Positions 1-9,494 of a stretch of DNA of 64,000 nucleotides are shown here, in pieces (the first letter of the stretch is position 1; each line of letters begins with the position of its first letter). The stretch is from an uncultured Thermotogae bacterium (lineage in GTDB: Bacteria > Bipolaricaulota > Bipolaricaulia > UBA7950 > UBA9294). The translations under genes and the position numbers were made by a program. Where the stretch lies: positions 12,559 to 76,558 of the forward strand of contig CAZORQ010000003.1 of assembly GCA_964582285.1 (NCBI GenBank), in the 5' to 3' direction. The notes under the pieces are model-generated. The model saw only the letters and a list, made by a program, of their open reading frames with translations. It was not told the DNA's origin and did no database searches.

Positions 1-196
1 GGCGGACCAGGTCACCGTGGACTACGAGACGCGATACGCGATCTGGGAAACGATCACCGTGCTTCTCAGGACGTATGATCTCAACCATATCAAGCTTGGC
101 AATCTGTATGCCCTGAATGGTCGACAGAGCTACGTCAAGGGAACTTCTCAGAACTACAGCATCTCACACTTCTTTGGCGTCTGGATAGAGAAGTAG
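1..196 (+). CDS. 3' fragment of a probable ABC-transporter substrate-binding protein (family-5 peptide/nickel type); 5' end outside window
   Basis: Frame 2 is open from the window edge to TAG 194-196 (..NLYALNGRQSYVKGTSQNYSISHFFGVWIEK*). It sits directly upstream of DppB/DppC-type permease genes, the canonical SBP slot. The call is positional. Confidence 0.4.
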   Translation, partial: ADQVTVDYETRYAIWETITVLLRTYDLNHIKLGNLYALNGRQSYVKGTSQNYSISHFFGVWIEK

Positions 197-331
197 AGGG
201 GCGAGGCATAAGTCGGGATGAGGCGAGTAGGACGAGGTCTACGTCGCCTCATCCCTTTATCGGCTATGCTGGAACCTGCCGCATCGATTAGGCGGAGCGA
301 AGTGTATCGGGGAAAGAGGGATGGACGTTCA

Positions 332-1276
332 ATGGCAGCGTACCTCGTGCGAAGACTCTTGTGGGCACTACTGATTCTCTTCTTGTTGTCGATATTCGCG
401 TTTGTCATGGTCCGGCTGATTCCCGGTGACCCAGTGGTCCTTCTGTTGGGGCTCGAGGCTTCAGAGGAGAGCCTTATCGCTGCTAGGGAGAGCCTTGGTC
501 TGGATCGGCCGCTGCTTTTGGCGTATGGCGATTGGCTGGCGGCTATCGCGCGGGGCGATCTCGGGCTCTCGATATTTCAGAGGAAGGCTGTGTGGCAGCT
601 GCTGTGGGCGAAGATCCCCGTGACTTTCACACTTGCGACAGCTGGATTACTGCTTGCCTTGCTCATTGGGATCCCGGCGGGGATTCTCGCGGCTCTCAAG
701 TACGGCAGTTGGTTCGATACGACGGTGATGTTTGGCAGTACACTTGGCTTGTCCATGCCTAGCTTCTGGCTTGGCTTGGTGTTGATCTTCACGTTCTCTG
801 TGCGGTTTCGATGGTTCCCAAGTGGCGGCTATGTTTCGCTTACGGAGGACTTCGTTGAGGGCCTGACACGACTTTGTCTTCCTGCGTTCTCGATCGGTAT
901 CATCCAGGCGGCACTGATCGCTCGAATGACGCGATCGAGCATGTTGGAGGTCCTTTGGAAGGACTACATCAGAACGGCTCGGGCAAAGGGCCTGCGGGAG
1001 CGAGCTGTTGTGCTGAAACACGCGTTGCGAAATGCCCTAATCCCGATTGTAACGACCATAGGGATGGTCTACGGAGTGCTCCTCGGGGGCGCGATCATCA
1101 TCGAGACGGTGTTTACCATACCGGGGACTGGGCGCCTATTGATCACCGCGGTCGCCACGCGGGACTATCCCATCATCCAAGGAGTCATCCTTTTGTTTGG
1201 GTTGACGTATGCAGCGATAAACCTACTGGTCGACGTGTTGTATGTCTCAATCAACCCGACGATCACCTATTCGTAG
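332..1276 (+). CDS. ABC transporter permease, DppB/OppB type
   Basis: ORF 218-1276. Start moved to ATG 332 (GGAAAGAGGG at 311-320). N-terminus MAAYLVRRLLWALLILF and the loop ..SSMLEVLWKDYIRTARAKGL.. are typical of peptide/nickel permease subunit B. Confidence 0.85.
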   Translation: MAAYLVRRLLWALLILFLLSIFAFVMVRLIPGDPVVLLLGLEASEESLIAARESLGLDRPLLLAYGDWLAAIARGDLGLSIFQRKAVWQLLWAKIPVTFTLATAGLLLALLIGIPAGILAALKYGSWFDTTVMFGSTLGLSMPSFWLGLVLIFTFSVRFRWFPSGGYVSLTEDFVEGLTRLCLPAFSIGIIQAALIARMTRSSMLEVLWKDYIRTARAKGLRERAVVLKHALRNALIPIVTTIGMVYGVLLGGAIIIETVFTIPGTGRLLITAVATRDYPIIQGVILLFGLTYAAINLLVDVLYVSINPTITYS

Positions 1277-1288
1277 AGAGGACCACGC

Positions 1289-2191
1289 ATGGAGGCAAGA
1301 GCGAGCCGTATGAAACTGGTCAAGGCAGTTTCCCATAGGTGCTCAGTCGGGCTGCGGGTCCTTTGCCGATGCAGATCGCTCTTGATTGGGACATCGATCC
1401 TCGTTGTCATCTTTCTCTGTACGGTCCTCGCTCCGATCATCAGCACATACGATCCGCTTGCCCTCAATTTCAGGGATCAGCTCCAGGCACCTTCCGTGCG
1501 ACACTTCTTCGGAACGGACAACTACGGGCGAGATATCTTCAGTCGTGTAGTGTACGGGGCACGTGTCTCGCTGATGGTGGGGGCGACCACCATGGTATTC
1601 ACTGGCTTCCTTGGCTTTGTGTTGGGCTCTTTGGCAGGCTATTACAGCGTGCTTGACAACATCATCATGCGGTCGATGGATATGCTCATGGCTTTGCCGG
1701 CAATCCTGCTTGCGATTGCCATCATGGCAATCCTTGGACCCTCAGCGCTCAACGCAGTGATAGCCTTATCGATAGTCTATCTGCCGAGGACAGCGAGGAT
1801 TGTGCGTGGATCGACGTTGGCGATCCGGGAACAGGGGTTTGTCGAAGCTACGCGAGCAGTCGGCGCGAAGGATGCTTGGATCATCTGGAGGCATGTCCTG
1901 CCGAATTGCTTGGCGCCGCTGATGGTGCAGCAGACAGTTGTGTTCGCCTACGCTGTCCTGACGGAAGCAGCATTGAGCTTCCTTGGTGTGGGTGCCCCGC
2001 CTCCCGTGCCCAGCTGGGGGAACATCTTAAGCGAAGCTCGCGCGCTGATTCGCATTGCGCCCTGGGCATCAATCTTCCCGGGAGTGGCTATTGTGCTCAC
2101 GGTGGTGGCACTGAACCTCATTGGCGATGGTCTCAGGGATCAACTCGACCCGTATCTCAAGGGAAGGATGAGCAGTTGGGACGGGGGGTAG
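1289..2191 (+). CDS. ABC transporter permease, DppC/OppC type
   Basis: ..HFFGTDNYGRDIFSRVVYGARVSL.. and ..REQGFVEATRAVGAKDAWIIWRHVLPN.. are DppC/OppC signatures. Multiple TM segments. GAGAGGA lies upstream of ATG 1289. Confidence 0.85.
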   Translation: MEARASRMKLVKAVSHRCSVGLRVLCRCRSLLIGTSILVVIFLCTVLAPIISTYDPLALNFRDQLQAPSVRHFFGTDNYGRDIFSRVVYGARVSLMVGATTMVFTGFLGFVLGSLAGYYSVLDNIIMRSMDMLMALPAILLAIAIMAILGPSALNAVIALSIVYLPRTARIVRGSTLAIREQGFVEATRAVGAKDAWIIWRHVLPNCLAPLMVQQTVVFAYAVLTEAALSFLGVGAPPPVPSWGNILSEARALIRIAPWASIFPGVAIVLTVVALNLIGDGLRDQLDPYLKGRMSSWDGG

Positions 2192-2193
2192 AC

Positions 2194-3522
2194 TTGCAGA
2201 GGACGGATGTGGAAAGGACAGGAATCACTCGGATTGTCGGGCTGTCGCTCTTCGACGGAAGCGACACGCTGGCATCTGACGTTTCTCTGGAGCTGTGTGG
2301 TGAGCGAATCTCGAGAGTCTCATCGACGGCTGAGCGATCGCAGAGTCCGGCAAACTTGGTGATTGATGGGAGCGGGCTGACAGCTGTGCCGGGTCTCATC
2401 AATCTTCATGTACATCTTTGTCTTGACATCAATCGGGCAGGCGATAGAACGGACCCCTCGACTCCGCTTCTTCCAACCACGGAAGGCGATCTGGTAGCGC
2501 GGATGCTTGAGAACGCCAAGGAAACCCTCGAAGGTGGGATCACAACCGTGAGGGATCTTGGAGCGCCAGGGGGCAGTATCTTCCTGGTGCGGCGGCTGAT
2601 TGAGGCCAATCTTGCTGTTGGCCCCCATATCTCGGCAAGCGGCCCAATGATCACGCGGACAGGGGGGCACGGCTGGTTCATGGGTGAGGAAGCAGATGGA
2701 GTTTCGGAGATACAGAAGGCAGTCAGGCGCCGGCTCAAATCAGGCGCTGATGTGATCAAGCTGATGGTGACGGGAGGCTATCTAACGAAGGGAACTTCTC
2801 CGTCCCAGCTCGCGTTCTCTCCTCGAGAGATCCGCGGTGCAGTTGCAGAAGCTCGCCGTGCGAACGTACAGACGACAGTCCATGCAGCCGGTGCGGCTGG
2901 CATCGAAGCCGCGCTGCGTGGCGGAGTCGACTGCATCGAGCATGGCGCCGCAATGACTCCCGAGCTCGCAGCTCGTGTCGTCGATCAGGGTGCGATCTGG
3001 GTGCCGACTGTGGGGGTTGCCGTGACCGCACAGGCACCGGAGAACCAAGAGATCATCCAACGACGGCAATCCCACCAAGATCAGGGTATTCGGAGTGTCC
3101 GACGGAACAGCGGAAAGCTGGATGACGAGCGGCGGCTGAAGAGCAAATTGGACACATTTGCACGCTTGTGTCATCTGGACGGTCTGCAACTTGGAGTTGG
3201 CGATGACGCGGGCACGTTGTTCGCGATGCACGGAAACCTTCTGCCGGAGATGGAGGCATTCGCAGATGCCGGGTTCTCAAACGCCGAGATTTTGCGGATG
3301 GCGACCTCTGGAAATGCCGAAATTCTGCAGATACAGCACGTAACAGGAACGATCCAAGCAGGACTGCTCGGGGACATTGTGCTTGTCGATGGCGATCCGC
3401 TGAGTGACTTGTGCTCCATTCGGAGGGTCGCGATCGTTCTGAAGGAGGGCCGTGTGCGGTTCGTCCGAAACAGAGACAGACGCCGGATACGCGAAGGTGA
3501 TGCATTCGATGCAGATGATTGA
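2194..3522 (+). CDS. Amidohydrolase-superfamily metallohydrolase
   Basis: The long ORF 1876-3522 overlaps the permease gene. A plausible start is TTG 2194 (G-run 2183-2188) or GTG 2209. HxH motif PGLINLHVHLCLD, then ..VIKLMVTGG.., ..VHAAG.., ..CIEHG.., ..GVGDDAG... Confidence 0.7.
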   Translation: MQRTDVERTGITRIVGLSLFDGSDTLASDVSLELCGERISRVSSTAERSQSPANLVIDGSGLTAVPGLINLHVHLCLDINRAGDRTDPSTPLLPTTEGDLVARMLENAKETLEGGITTVRDLGAPGGSIFLVRRLIEANLAVGPHISASGPMITRTGGHGWFMGEEADGVSEIQKAVRRRLKSGADVIKLMVTGGYLTKGTSPSQLAFSPREIRGAVAEARRANVQTTVHAAGAAGIEAALRGGVDCIEHGAAMTPELAARVVDQGAIWVPTVGVAVTAQAPENQEIIQRRQSHQDQGIRSVRRNSGKLDDERRLKSKLDTFARLCHLDGLQLGVGDDAGTLFAMHGNLLPEMEAFADAGFSNAEILRMATSGNAEILQIQHVTGTIQAGLLGDIVLVDGDPLSDLCSIRRVAIVLKEGRVRFVRNRDRRRIREGDAFDADD

Positions 3523-4570
3523 CCTCAGAAGCGATACTGTAACGCAGCCGACGCCTGAGATGTTGCACGCGATGGCCGCTGCAAAGCTCGGAGACGATGT
3601 GTTTCGAGAGGATCCGACCGTGATCGAATTGGAACGGCTTGCGGCCGATCTCATCGGCAAGGCGGAGGCTCTATTCGTGGCCAGCGGCACGATGGGCAAT
3701 CTCGTCTCGCTGATGACGCATGCGCAACCGGGGAACGAGGTGATCCTCGAACGTAGCTCTCATATCTCAATTGGAGAAGGGGGCGGGATCACGAGGATTG
3801 CCGGGCTGATGCCACGGCCGTACGATGCTTCTGACGGTACGGTGCCAGTCGAGCGAATTCGCGGGCTCATCCGGCGTAGTGGAGGCCATTTCGAAGGGCA
3901 CACGAAGCTCATCTGCCTTGAGAATACGCACAATGCGCTCGGTGGTGTTCCGATCTCCGTTGAGGAAACGCAGCGGCTGGCGGCGCTGGCAGCGGAGCAC
4001 GGACTGAAGCTTCACGTAGACGGAGCGCGTCTGTTCAATGCTGCGGAAGTCCTCGGTGTAAGCGCGGCTGATTTGGCCGCTCCAGCGGACTCAGTGATGT
4101 TCTGCCTTTCGAAGGGGTTGTGTGCCCCCGTAGGGTCAATTATCGCGGGTTCTGGCGATTTCGTTGCCCGCGCGCGCCGGAACAGAAGGTTGCTCGGAGG
4201 GGGAATGAGGCAAGCAGGGGTGCTGGCAGCCGCGGGAATCATCGCACTGAGGGACATGGTTCACCGGCTATCTGAGGATCGCCTGGTCGCAGAGCAGCTT
4301 GCCAGTGGGCTGACCCTGGTTCAAGGCATATGCGTCGAAAGCGTATCGCGGCGCACCAATATGGTGTATGTGGATTGCCGTGAGCTCGGGTGCGATGTGA
4401 CCGAGCTGGTGAACCTCCTCGCAGCGATGGGCGTTCGCCTCCTCGCGCTTGGATCCCACAGACTGAGGATGGTAACACACCATGGGATTTCCATCGCTGA
4501 CGCCGATCGTGTATGCGGGGCTTTCAAGGACGCGGCACAGTCTCTGCGTGCCGACGGACCGGTTGAATGA
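3509..4570 (+). CDS. ltaE: Low-specificity L-threonine aldolase (beta-eliminating lyase family, PLP)
   Basis: MIDLRSDTVTQPTPEML, LGDDVFREDPTV, ASGTMGN, PLP-lysine context FCLSKGLCAPVGS. Start is ATG 3509 or 3515 after GAAGGTGA 3493-3500. Confidence 0.8.
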   Translation: MQMIDLRSDTVTQPTPEMLHAMAAAKLGDDVFREDPTVIELERLAADLIGKAEALFVASGTMGNLVSLMTHAQPGNEVILERSSHISIGEGGGITRIAGLMPRPYDASDGTVPVERIRGLIRRSGGHFEGHTKLICLENTHNALGGVPISVEETQRLAALAAEHGLKLHVDGARLFNAAEVLGVSAADLAAPADSVMFCLSKGLCAPVGSIIAGSGDFVARARRNRRLLGGGMRQAGVLAAAGIIALRDMVHRLSEDRLVAEQLASGLTLVQGICVESVSRRTNMVYVDCRELGCDVTELVNLLAAMGVRLLALGSHRLRMVTHHGISIADADRVCGAFKDAAQSLRADGPVE

Positions 4571-4671
4571 TGCGGAGCTGGCGAGAACCGGCGGGCTCCA
4601 GTAGGCACCGAAGGGCAGCGCGAGTCACACACAACAGCCGAGTATCCAAATAGCAGGCGGCAGTCTGGAGG

Positions 4672-5853
4672 ATGGTTGCTTTGGCACAATCTCATGCGTC
4701 TAAGGGGGGGCTGCCTGATCTTGGAGTTAGCTCGGAGGCTGTGTTCCGGCTGGACTCCATGTCCTTCGCGCCGGGCACCGTCCTGATCCGCGACGGGTTG
4801 GTTCTCGGTTTGCAGGACAGCATGCTGCGAGAGCCGTTCCCGTTGGCGCGCTTCGGTGATTCCCTCATCTTGCCGGGACTTGTCGATTTGCATGGACATC
4901 CTGGGACCGAGGGATGCTTCTCTGTCGACCCAGACTCCTACTTCCTCAGAAGAGGGACAACGGCAGTTCTCGCTCAGGGAGAGGCAGGATCCGCAGCGTG
5001 GGAATCGTACCGCGATGGAGTGATACAAACCGCCGGTACGCGGATTGCGCTTGCGTTGAACGCGTCGGCAGAGGGGTATCCGTCAGCGTCGAATCATCGT
5101 TCATACTGCATCGAGCACGTTGAGGATATCGATGTGGACGCCTGTGTGGCAGCGATTGACGAAGGACGTGACGTGATTTGGGGAATCTCGTTGTGTACAT
5201 CGATTGGGCCGGGGGCTTGTGCTCCGAGTGTCGATCCAATGAAGGCAATGGAACGGACGCTACGAGTTGCGGAAACAGCCGGATGCCCAATCCTTCTGGG
5301 GACTCGGATGAAGGACGATTGGCCTCTTGAGTCGCAGCTCTCATTGCTGCGCCCTGGGGATGTAGTGACGTACTGCTTCCACAGCTTCGCGCAGGGCATT
5401 CTCCGTGATGGGCGCATCAGGGACTCGGTGTGGAGAGCTCGAGAAAGAGGCGTTCTGTTCGATCTTGGTTTCGGAACCGTGTCATTCAGTTACCAAGTTG
5501 CAGAAGCTGCAGTACAACAAGGCTTCTGGCCTGACACCATTTCCAGTGATCTCCATTCTCGTCACGTCGGCAGAATGCCACAGCATGATCTTCCGCTTGT
5601 CCTTTCCATCGCCATTGCGGCAGGCATCCCCGAATCCGAAGCATTCCTCGCGGTCACGCGACGACCAGCCGAGATCCTTGGTCTTTCCGAACCGATCGGA
5701 GTTCTGGAGCCGGGGCGTATAGCGGATCTGACGGTTCTGGACAAGAGCAATGACCTGGTCGAACTCCGAGATGGAGAAGGGGTGTTGCGCGGGGGTCATC
5801 GCTATTCCGTTCGAGCTGCCTTCAGATCTGGGGAGCAGGTTGAGGTCCTTTGA
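4672..5853 (+). CDS. Amidohydrolase/deacetylase-family metallohydrolase (dihydroorotase-like)
   Basis: ..LILPGLVDLHGHPG.., ..VLFDLGFGTVSFS.., ..DTISSDLH.., ..RIADLTVLD... CTGGAGG precedes ATG 4672. Confidence 0.65.
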   Translation: MVALAQSHASKGGLPDLGVSSEAVFRLDSMSFAPGTVLIRDGLVLGLQDSMLREPFPLARFGDSLILPGLVDLHGHPGTEGCFSVDPDSYFLRRGTTAVLAQGEAGSAAWESYRDGVIQTAGTRIALALNASAEGYPSASNHRSYCIEHVEDIDVDACVAAIDEGRDVIWGISLCTSIGPGACAPSVDPMKAMERTLRVAETAGCPILLGTRMKDDWPLESQLSLLRPGDVVTYCFHSFAQGILRDGRIRDSVWRARERGVLFDLGFGTVSFSYQVAEAAVQQGFWPDTISSDLHSRHVGRMPQHDLPLVLSIAIAAGIPESEAFLAVTRRPAEILGLSEPIGVLEPGRIADLTVLDKSNDLVELRDGEGVLRGGHRYSVRAAFRSGEQVEVL

Positions 5854-5895
5854 GAAGCATGATGAGGAGAGCATCCGAGATGCGGTGGCTGCTGC

Positions 5896-6501
5896 TCAGC
5901 GCAGCAGGTCTTGGAGCGGTCCGGGGAGCGGATCGCCCCGCACCAGCCGGCTTGGCCGGACTGTCGCGTCGAGGATGGCGGACGGACCGGCTCCCACCGG
6001 ACCTGTAATGATCAGATCGACACTAGCGAATCGATCGATGATTGCATCGATGTCGCCAAGCGGCGGCTGCCCACGACGGTTGACGCTGGTTCCGAAGATT
6101 GGTCGATCGAGCGATGTGAGCGTGGATGCGAAGAACGGATGATCAGGGACACGGATCCCGATCTTCCCGTCGAGTACCGCTGACGCAGGCGCCCCCGCTG
6201 CCGCGGGAAGCAGCAGCGTGTACGGACCGGGAAGGAGTCGTCGGATCATCTTCCGCAAGCACTCGTCCAGTTTGACGTAGCGCTCAAGGCTGCTGCACGT
6301 CGGCATGTGAAGAGTGAACGGCTGGTCGGGAGGGCGCTGTTTGATCGCTCGGACGCGCTCCAGGCAACGTCTATCCCATGGGTTCCCCCCAATCCCATAG
6401 ACTGTATCGGTTGGGAAGATCAGCGTCTGCCCCATCTCCAGTGCCTCTCGGACGGCATCTTGAACGGACGAGGACGCGTGGGAAAGAACGGTTGGCATCA
6501 T
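5896..6501 (-). CDS. tsaC: L-threonylcarbamoyladenylate synthase, YrdC/YwlC/Sua5-domain protein
   Basis: ..LIFPTDTVYGIGGNPWD.. and ..LLLPAA.., ..IGIRVPDHP.., ..GTSVNRRGQPP.. are YrdC-domain motifs. Start overlaps the ychF stop by 4 nt. Confidence 0.8.
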   Translation of the reverse strand: MMPTVLSHASSSVQDAVREALEMGQTLIFPTDTVYGIGGNPWDRRCLERVRAIKQRPPDQPFTLHMPTCSSLERYVKLDECLRKMIRRLLPGPYTLLLPAAAGAPASAVLDGKIGIRVPDHPFFASTLTSLDRPIFGTSVNRRGQPPLGDIDAIIDRFASVDLIITGPVGAGPSAILDATVRPSRLVRGDPLPGPLQDLLR

Positions 6502-7586
6502 GCGCAGATGAAGTGGATGACGTCACCGTCGGAGACGACGTAATCGTGGCCTGAGTGGTGAACCCTGCCGGCATCGCGGAGGCTCTTCTCGGATCCGTGA
6601 TCAAGCAGATCATCGAGCCCCATGACCTCTGCAGCAACGAATCGATCGGAGAAGTCGGAGTGGATCCTCCCCCCGGCATCTGGCGCCCTCGTCCCGCTCG
6701 GAACGGTCCATGCACGAACCTCGGGGCCTTCGAACGTGAAGAAGGTGATCAAATCGAGCAGACGGTGACCGGCCTGGACCAGCGCATCGAGCCCTGTCCG
6801 CTCGAGACCGTATTCGTGGAGATAGTCGATGCGTTCTTCCGGGGAGCCTGCAGCCTCGGCGATCTCCGCTTCCAATCGGCCGCGGATAGCGATCGTTTCG
6901 GTGCCTCGGTCCCGAGCGACCTGTGACACCGTCGCAGCGCAGTCGTCTTTCGGTTCGTCGTCGACGTTCGCGACGAACAGGCATGGCTTTGCTGTCAGGG
7001 GGGACGTTTCGCGTAGAAGGTCCTCGATGGCGTGATCGATCGACGTACAGCGGATCGGGTCTCCGGATGCGACCCCGTCAAGGAGCCGATCCCACGCTTC
7101 GGCGCGTGCCGAGGCCTTCCGATCGGTTCCCTTGATCTCTTGATGAAGGCGCTTCGCCACGCGGCTCAGTGTTTCGTGATCCTTGAGTAAGAGCTCCGTC
7201 TCGACGATTTCGATATCCCGGATAGGATCGACGGTTCCAGTGACATGTGCGACGTTCGGGTCATCGAAACAGCGCACGATGTGAAGGATCGCGTCGACCG
7301 CGCGGATCTCCGACAGGAACTGGTTACCCATCCCCTCGCCGGTACTTGCGTGTTCGACAAGCCCGGCGATATCGATGAACTCGAGGTGAGTGGGAACCTT
7401 CTTCTTCTCCGGGAACAGCTCTGCAAGCCGGTCGAGCCGCGCATCGGGGACGAAAACGGTCCCGACGTTCGCATCGATCGTGCAGAACGGATAGCTCTCG
7501 ACGCGCGCACCGGCGTTGGCCAACGCGTTGAAGATCGTGGACTTGCCGGCATTCGGAAGACCGACCAGACCGCACGTGAATCCCAT
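6498..7586 (-). CDS. ychF: Ribosome-binding ATPase YchF
   Basis: MGFTCGLVGLPNAGKSTIFNAL.., ..YPFCTIDANVG.., ..EFIDIAGLV.., C-terminal TGS-like ..DGDVIHF... GGAGGG SD upstream. Confidence 0.92.
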   Translation of the reverse strand: MGFTCGLVGLPNAGKSTIFNALANAGARVESYPFCTIDANVGTVFVPDARLDRLAELFPEKKKVPTHLEFIDIAGLVEHASTGEGMGNQFLSEIRAVDAILHIVRCFDDPNVAHVTGTVDPIRDIEIVETELLLKDHETLSRVAKRLHQEIKGTDRKASARAEAWDRLLDGVASGDPIRCTSIDHAIEDLLRETSPLTAKPCLFVANVDDEPKDDCAATVSQVARDRGTETIAIRGRLEAEIAEAAGSPEERIDYLHEYGLERTGLDALVQAGHRLLDLITFFTFEGPEVRAWTVPSGTRAPDAGGRIHSDFSDRFVAAEVMGLDDLLDHGSEKSLRDAGRVHHSGHDYVVSDGDVIHFICA

Positions 7587-7602
7587 CTTCCCTCCTCTGC
7601 CA

Positions 7603-7630
7603 TTGTGCCGTCAGTGACCGAACCTACTAT
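7603..7630 (+). promoter_or_regulatory. Putative sigma-70-type promoter of the lipoylation operon
   Basis: TTGTGC (7603-7608), 16-nt spacer, TACTAT (7625-7630), in the ychF/lipoyl-protein divergent spacer. Pattern match only. Confidence 0.3.
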
Positions 7631-7695
7631 AGATGGAGCCTGGAGAGGGCACAAGGTGAAGGACACTGGTTGATCGGCTAGACTTTCCGATTGGA

Positions 7696-7950
7696 GTGAA
7701 CATGGAGAGCAAAAAGACAGAGATTAGACTTCCCGACCTCGGCGAGATTGACGAGGCTCGGGTCGTTCAGTGGCTACGAGACGTGGATGCGGTGGTTGCC
7801 ACGGATGAGGATCTCCTCGAAGTGGAGACGGAAAAGACCACGTTTGTCGTTCCATCGCCGATTGCGGGTCGCCTGATCGAGATCGTTGCACCCGAAGGGG
7901 AGAGCGTCAAGCGAGGGGGCGTTCTTGGCCGGATCGAGCAGTCTGGATAG
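7696..7950 (+). CDS. Stand-alone lipoyl/biotinyl-attachment domain protein (84 aa)
   Basis: ..DEDLLEVETEKTTFVVPSPIAGRLIEIVAPEGESVKRGGVLGRIE.. is a single lipoyl domain with the modifiable Lys in ETEK. Start is GTG 7696 or ATG 7702. Confidence 0.75.
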   Translation: MNMESKKTEIRLPDLGEIDEARVVQWLRDVDAVVATDEDLLEVETEKTTFVVPSPIAGRLIEIVAPEGESVKRGGVLGRIEQSG

Positions 7951-8626
7951 CCAGGCATTTCATCTTCCACTCGGACAGGCCGACTATGGGGAGACGCTTG
8001 AGCTTCAGCGTGTGCTTCACGCCCGGCGGAGGGCCGGTCTCATCCCCGACGTCGTGATCTCTGTCGAGCACAACCCAGTGATCACACTCGGCCGAAGCGG
8101 ATCCCGTGAACATCTGCTCGTATCGTCACAGGAGCTTCAGCGGGAGGGCATCGAGCTGTTCGAGGTTGAACGAGGCGGCGATGTGACGTACCACGGCCCA
8201 GGGCAACTTGTCATCTATCCGATTGTCGATTTGCGCGCCCACGGTCGAGATGTGAAGCGGTTCATCGAAAGACTGGAACAAGCGACGATCGCGGCGCTCT
8301 CCGGTTTCGGAATCGAAGCCGGGCGGAGGGATGGATACCCGGGCGTGTGGATCTTGGATCGGAAGATTGCATCGATCGGTGTCTACGTCAGAGGATGGGT
8401 CTCACGACACGGGCTGGCGATCAACGTGGACGTCAATCCAGCGCACATCGCAATGATCAACCCGTGTGGGCTTTCGGTCGAGATGGTTTCCGCGTGCGAC
8501 CTGTCCGATCGGCCGATGGCCATCGATCAGGTCCGTCGGCTGTTCCTCGATCGGCTTGCAGAGCAGTTCGGGTGGACGCTGGAAGAAATGGATCCGGCTT
8601 TGCTCTTGGGAGACGACGATGACTAG
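7886..8626 (+). CDS. lipB: Octanoyl-[ACP]:protein N-octanoyltransferase LipB
   Basis: ..LGQADYGETLELQ.., ..EHNPVITLGR.., ..VERGGDVTYHGPGQLVIYPI.., ..KIASIGV.., ..HGLAINV... Start uncertain: ATG 7886 (65-nt overlap with the upstream gene) or TTG 7925. Confidence 0.85.
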   Translation: MHPKGRASSEGAFLAGSSSLDSQAFHLPLGQADYGETLELQRVLHARRRAGLIPDVVISVEHNPVITLGRSGSREHLLVSSQELQREGIELFEVERGGDVTYHGPGQLVIYPIVDLRAHGRDVKRFIERLEQATIAALSGFGIEAGRRDGYPGVWILDRKIASIGVYVRGWVSRHGLAINVDVNPAHIAMINPCGLSVEMVSACDLSDRPMAIDQVRRLFLDRLAEQFGWTLEEMDPALLLGDDDD

Positions 8627-9494
8627 ACACCCCGAGTGGATCCGAGTTCGTGCTCCGAACGCATCTGAGGCTGCCGGCATGCGCGCGGTGCGAGAGCTGC
8701 TACTGCGGCACCAGCTGACCACGGTTTGCCAAGGAGCGATCTGTCCAAACGCGGTGGAGTGCTGGGGAGCGCGAACGGCGACATTCATGTTGCTGGGGGA
8801 CATGTGTACGCGCGCATGCCGTTTCTGCGGCGTGAAGACAGGGGATCCGGGTGGCAACGTGGACTCCGGCGAGCCCGAGCGGCTGGCCGATGCTGTGGCC
8901 GAGCTTGGGTTGCGGTACACGGTTCTCACATCGGTCGATCGTGATGACCTCCCGGACGGAGGCGCGAGTCTGTTTGCCGCAGCAGTTGACGGACTGAAAG
9001 CACAAGCTCCCGACACTCGCGTCGAGGTGTTGATGCCCGACTTCCAGGGCAGTCGGAATGCGCTCGATCGTCTGCTTGAGACGGAGACCGACGTTTTCGG
9101 TCACAACGTGGAGACTGTCCGCCGATTGACGCCAACGATGCGGGACTCCAGAGCTGGCTACGAGCAATCGTTGGCTGTGCTCGCGTATCTCAGCCAACGG
9201 AAGGGTTCCTGCAAGGTCAAGAGCGGCGTGATGCTCGGGCTTGGGGAGACCCACGATGAGATCCTCGAGCTGCTTCGGGACCTTCGAGCTGTCGGCGTAG
9301 ATATCCTAACCATTGGGCAGTACCTGCGTCCGACGGAGTTCGCTGTTCCGGTCGAGCGGTACGTTCCGCCGGAGGAGTTCGACGAGATCGCAGCCGCTGC
9401 TTCGAAGCTCGGATTCGGGGCGGTCGTAGCCGGGCCGCTTGTGCGGAGTTCGTATCATGCGCTGGAAGCCTTCCTGGAATCATGCGCTTGCTGA
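8619..9494 (+). CDS. lipA: Lipoyl synthase LipA (radical SAM)
   Basis: MTRHPEWIRVRAP.., ..TVCQGAICPNAVECW.., radical-SAM CTRACRFCGV. ATG 8619 overlaps the lipB stop (ATGACTAG). The upstream ORF extension from 8466 is discarded. Confidence 0.92.
   Translation: MTRHPEWIRVRAPNASEAAGMRAVRELLLRHQLTTVCQGAICPNAVECWGARTATFMLLGDMCTRACRFCGVKTGDPGGNVDSGEPERLADAVAELGLRYTVLTSVDRDDLPDGGASLFAAAVDGLKAQAPDTRVEVLMPDFQGSRNALDRLLETETDVFGHNVETVRRLTPTMRDSRAGYEQSLAVLAYLSQRKGSCKVKSGVMLGLGETHDEILELLRDLRAVGVDILTIGQYLRPTEFAVPVERYVPPEEFDEIAAAASKLGFGAVVAGPLVRSSYHALEAFLESCAC

Noticed and set aside
1876-2193. 5' extensions of tracked ORFs that overlap upstream genes. Examples: 1876-2193, 8466-8618, 26527-26625, 32664-33221, 47042-47341, 54056-54328, 54006-54191, 56613-56837, 22464-22637 and 24140-24526.
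   Set aside because: The extensions are low-complexity and overlap convincing genes. In each case an internal start with a good SD yields the canonical family N-terminus.
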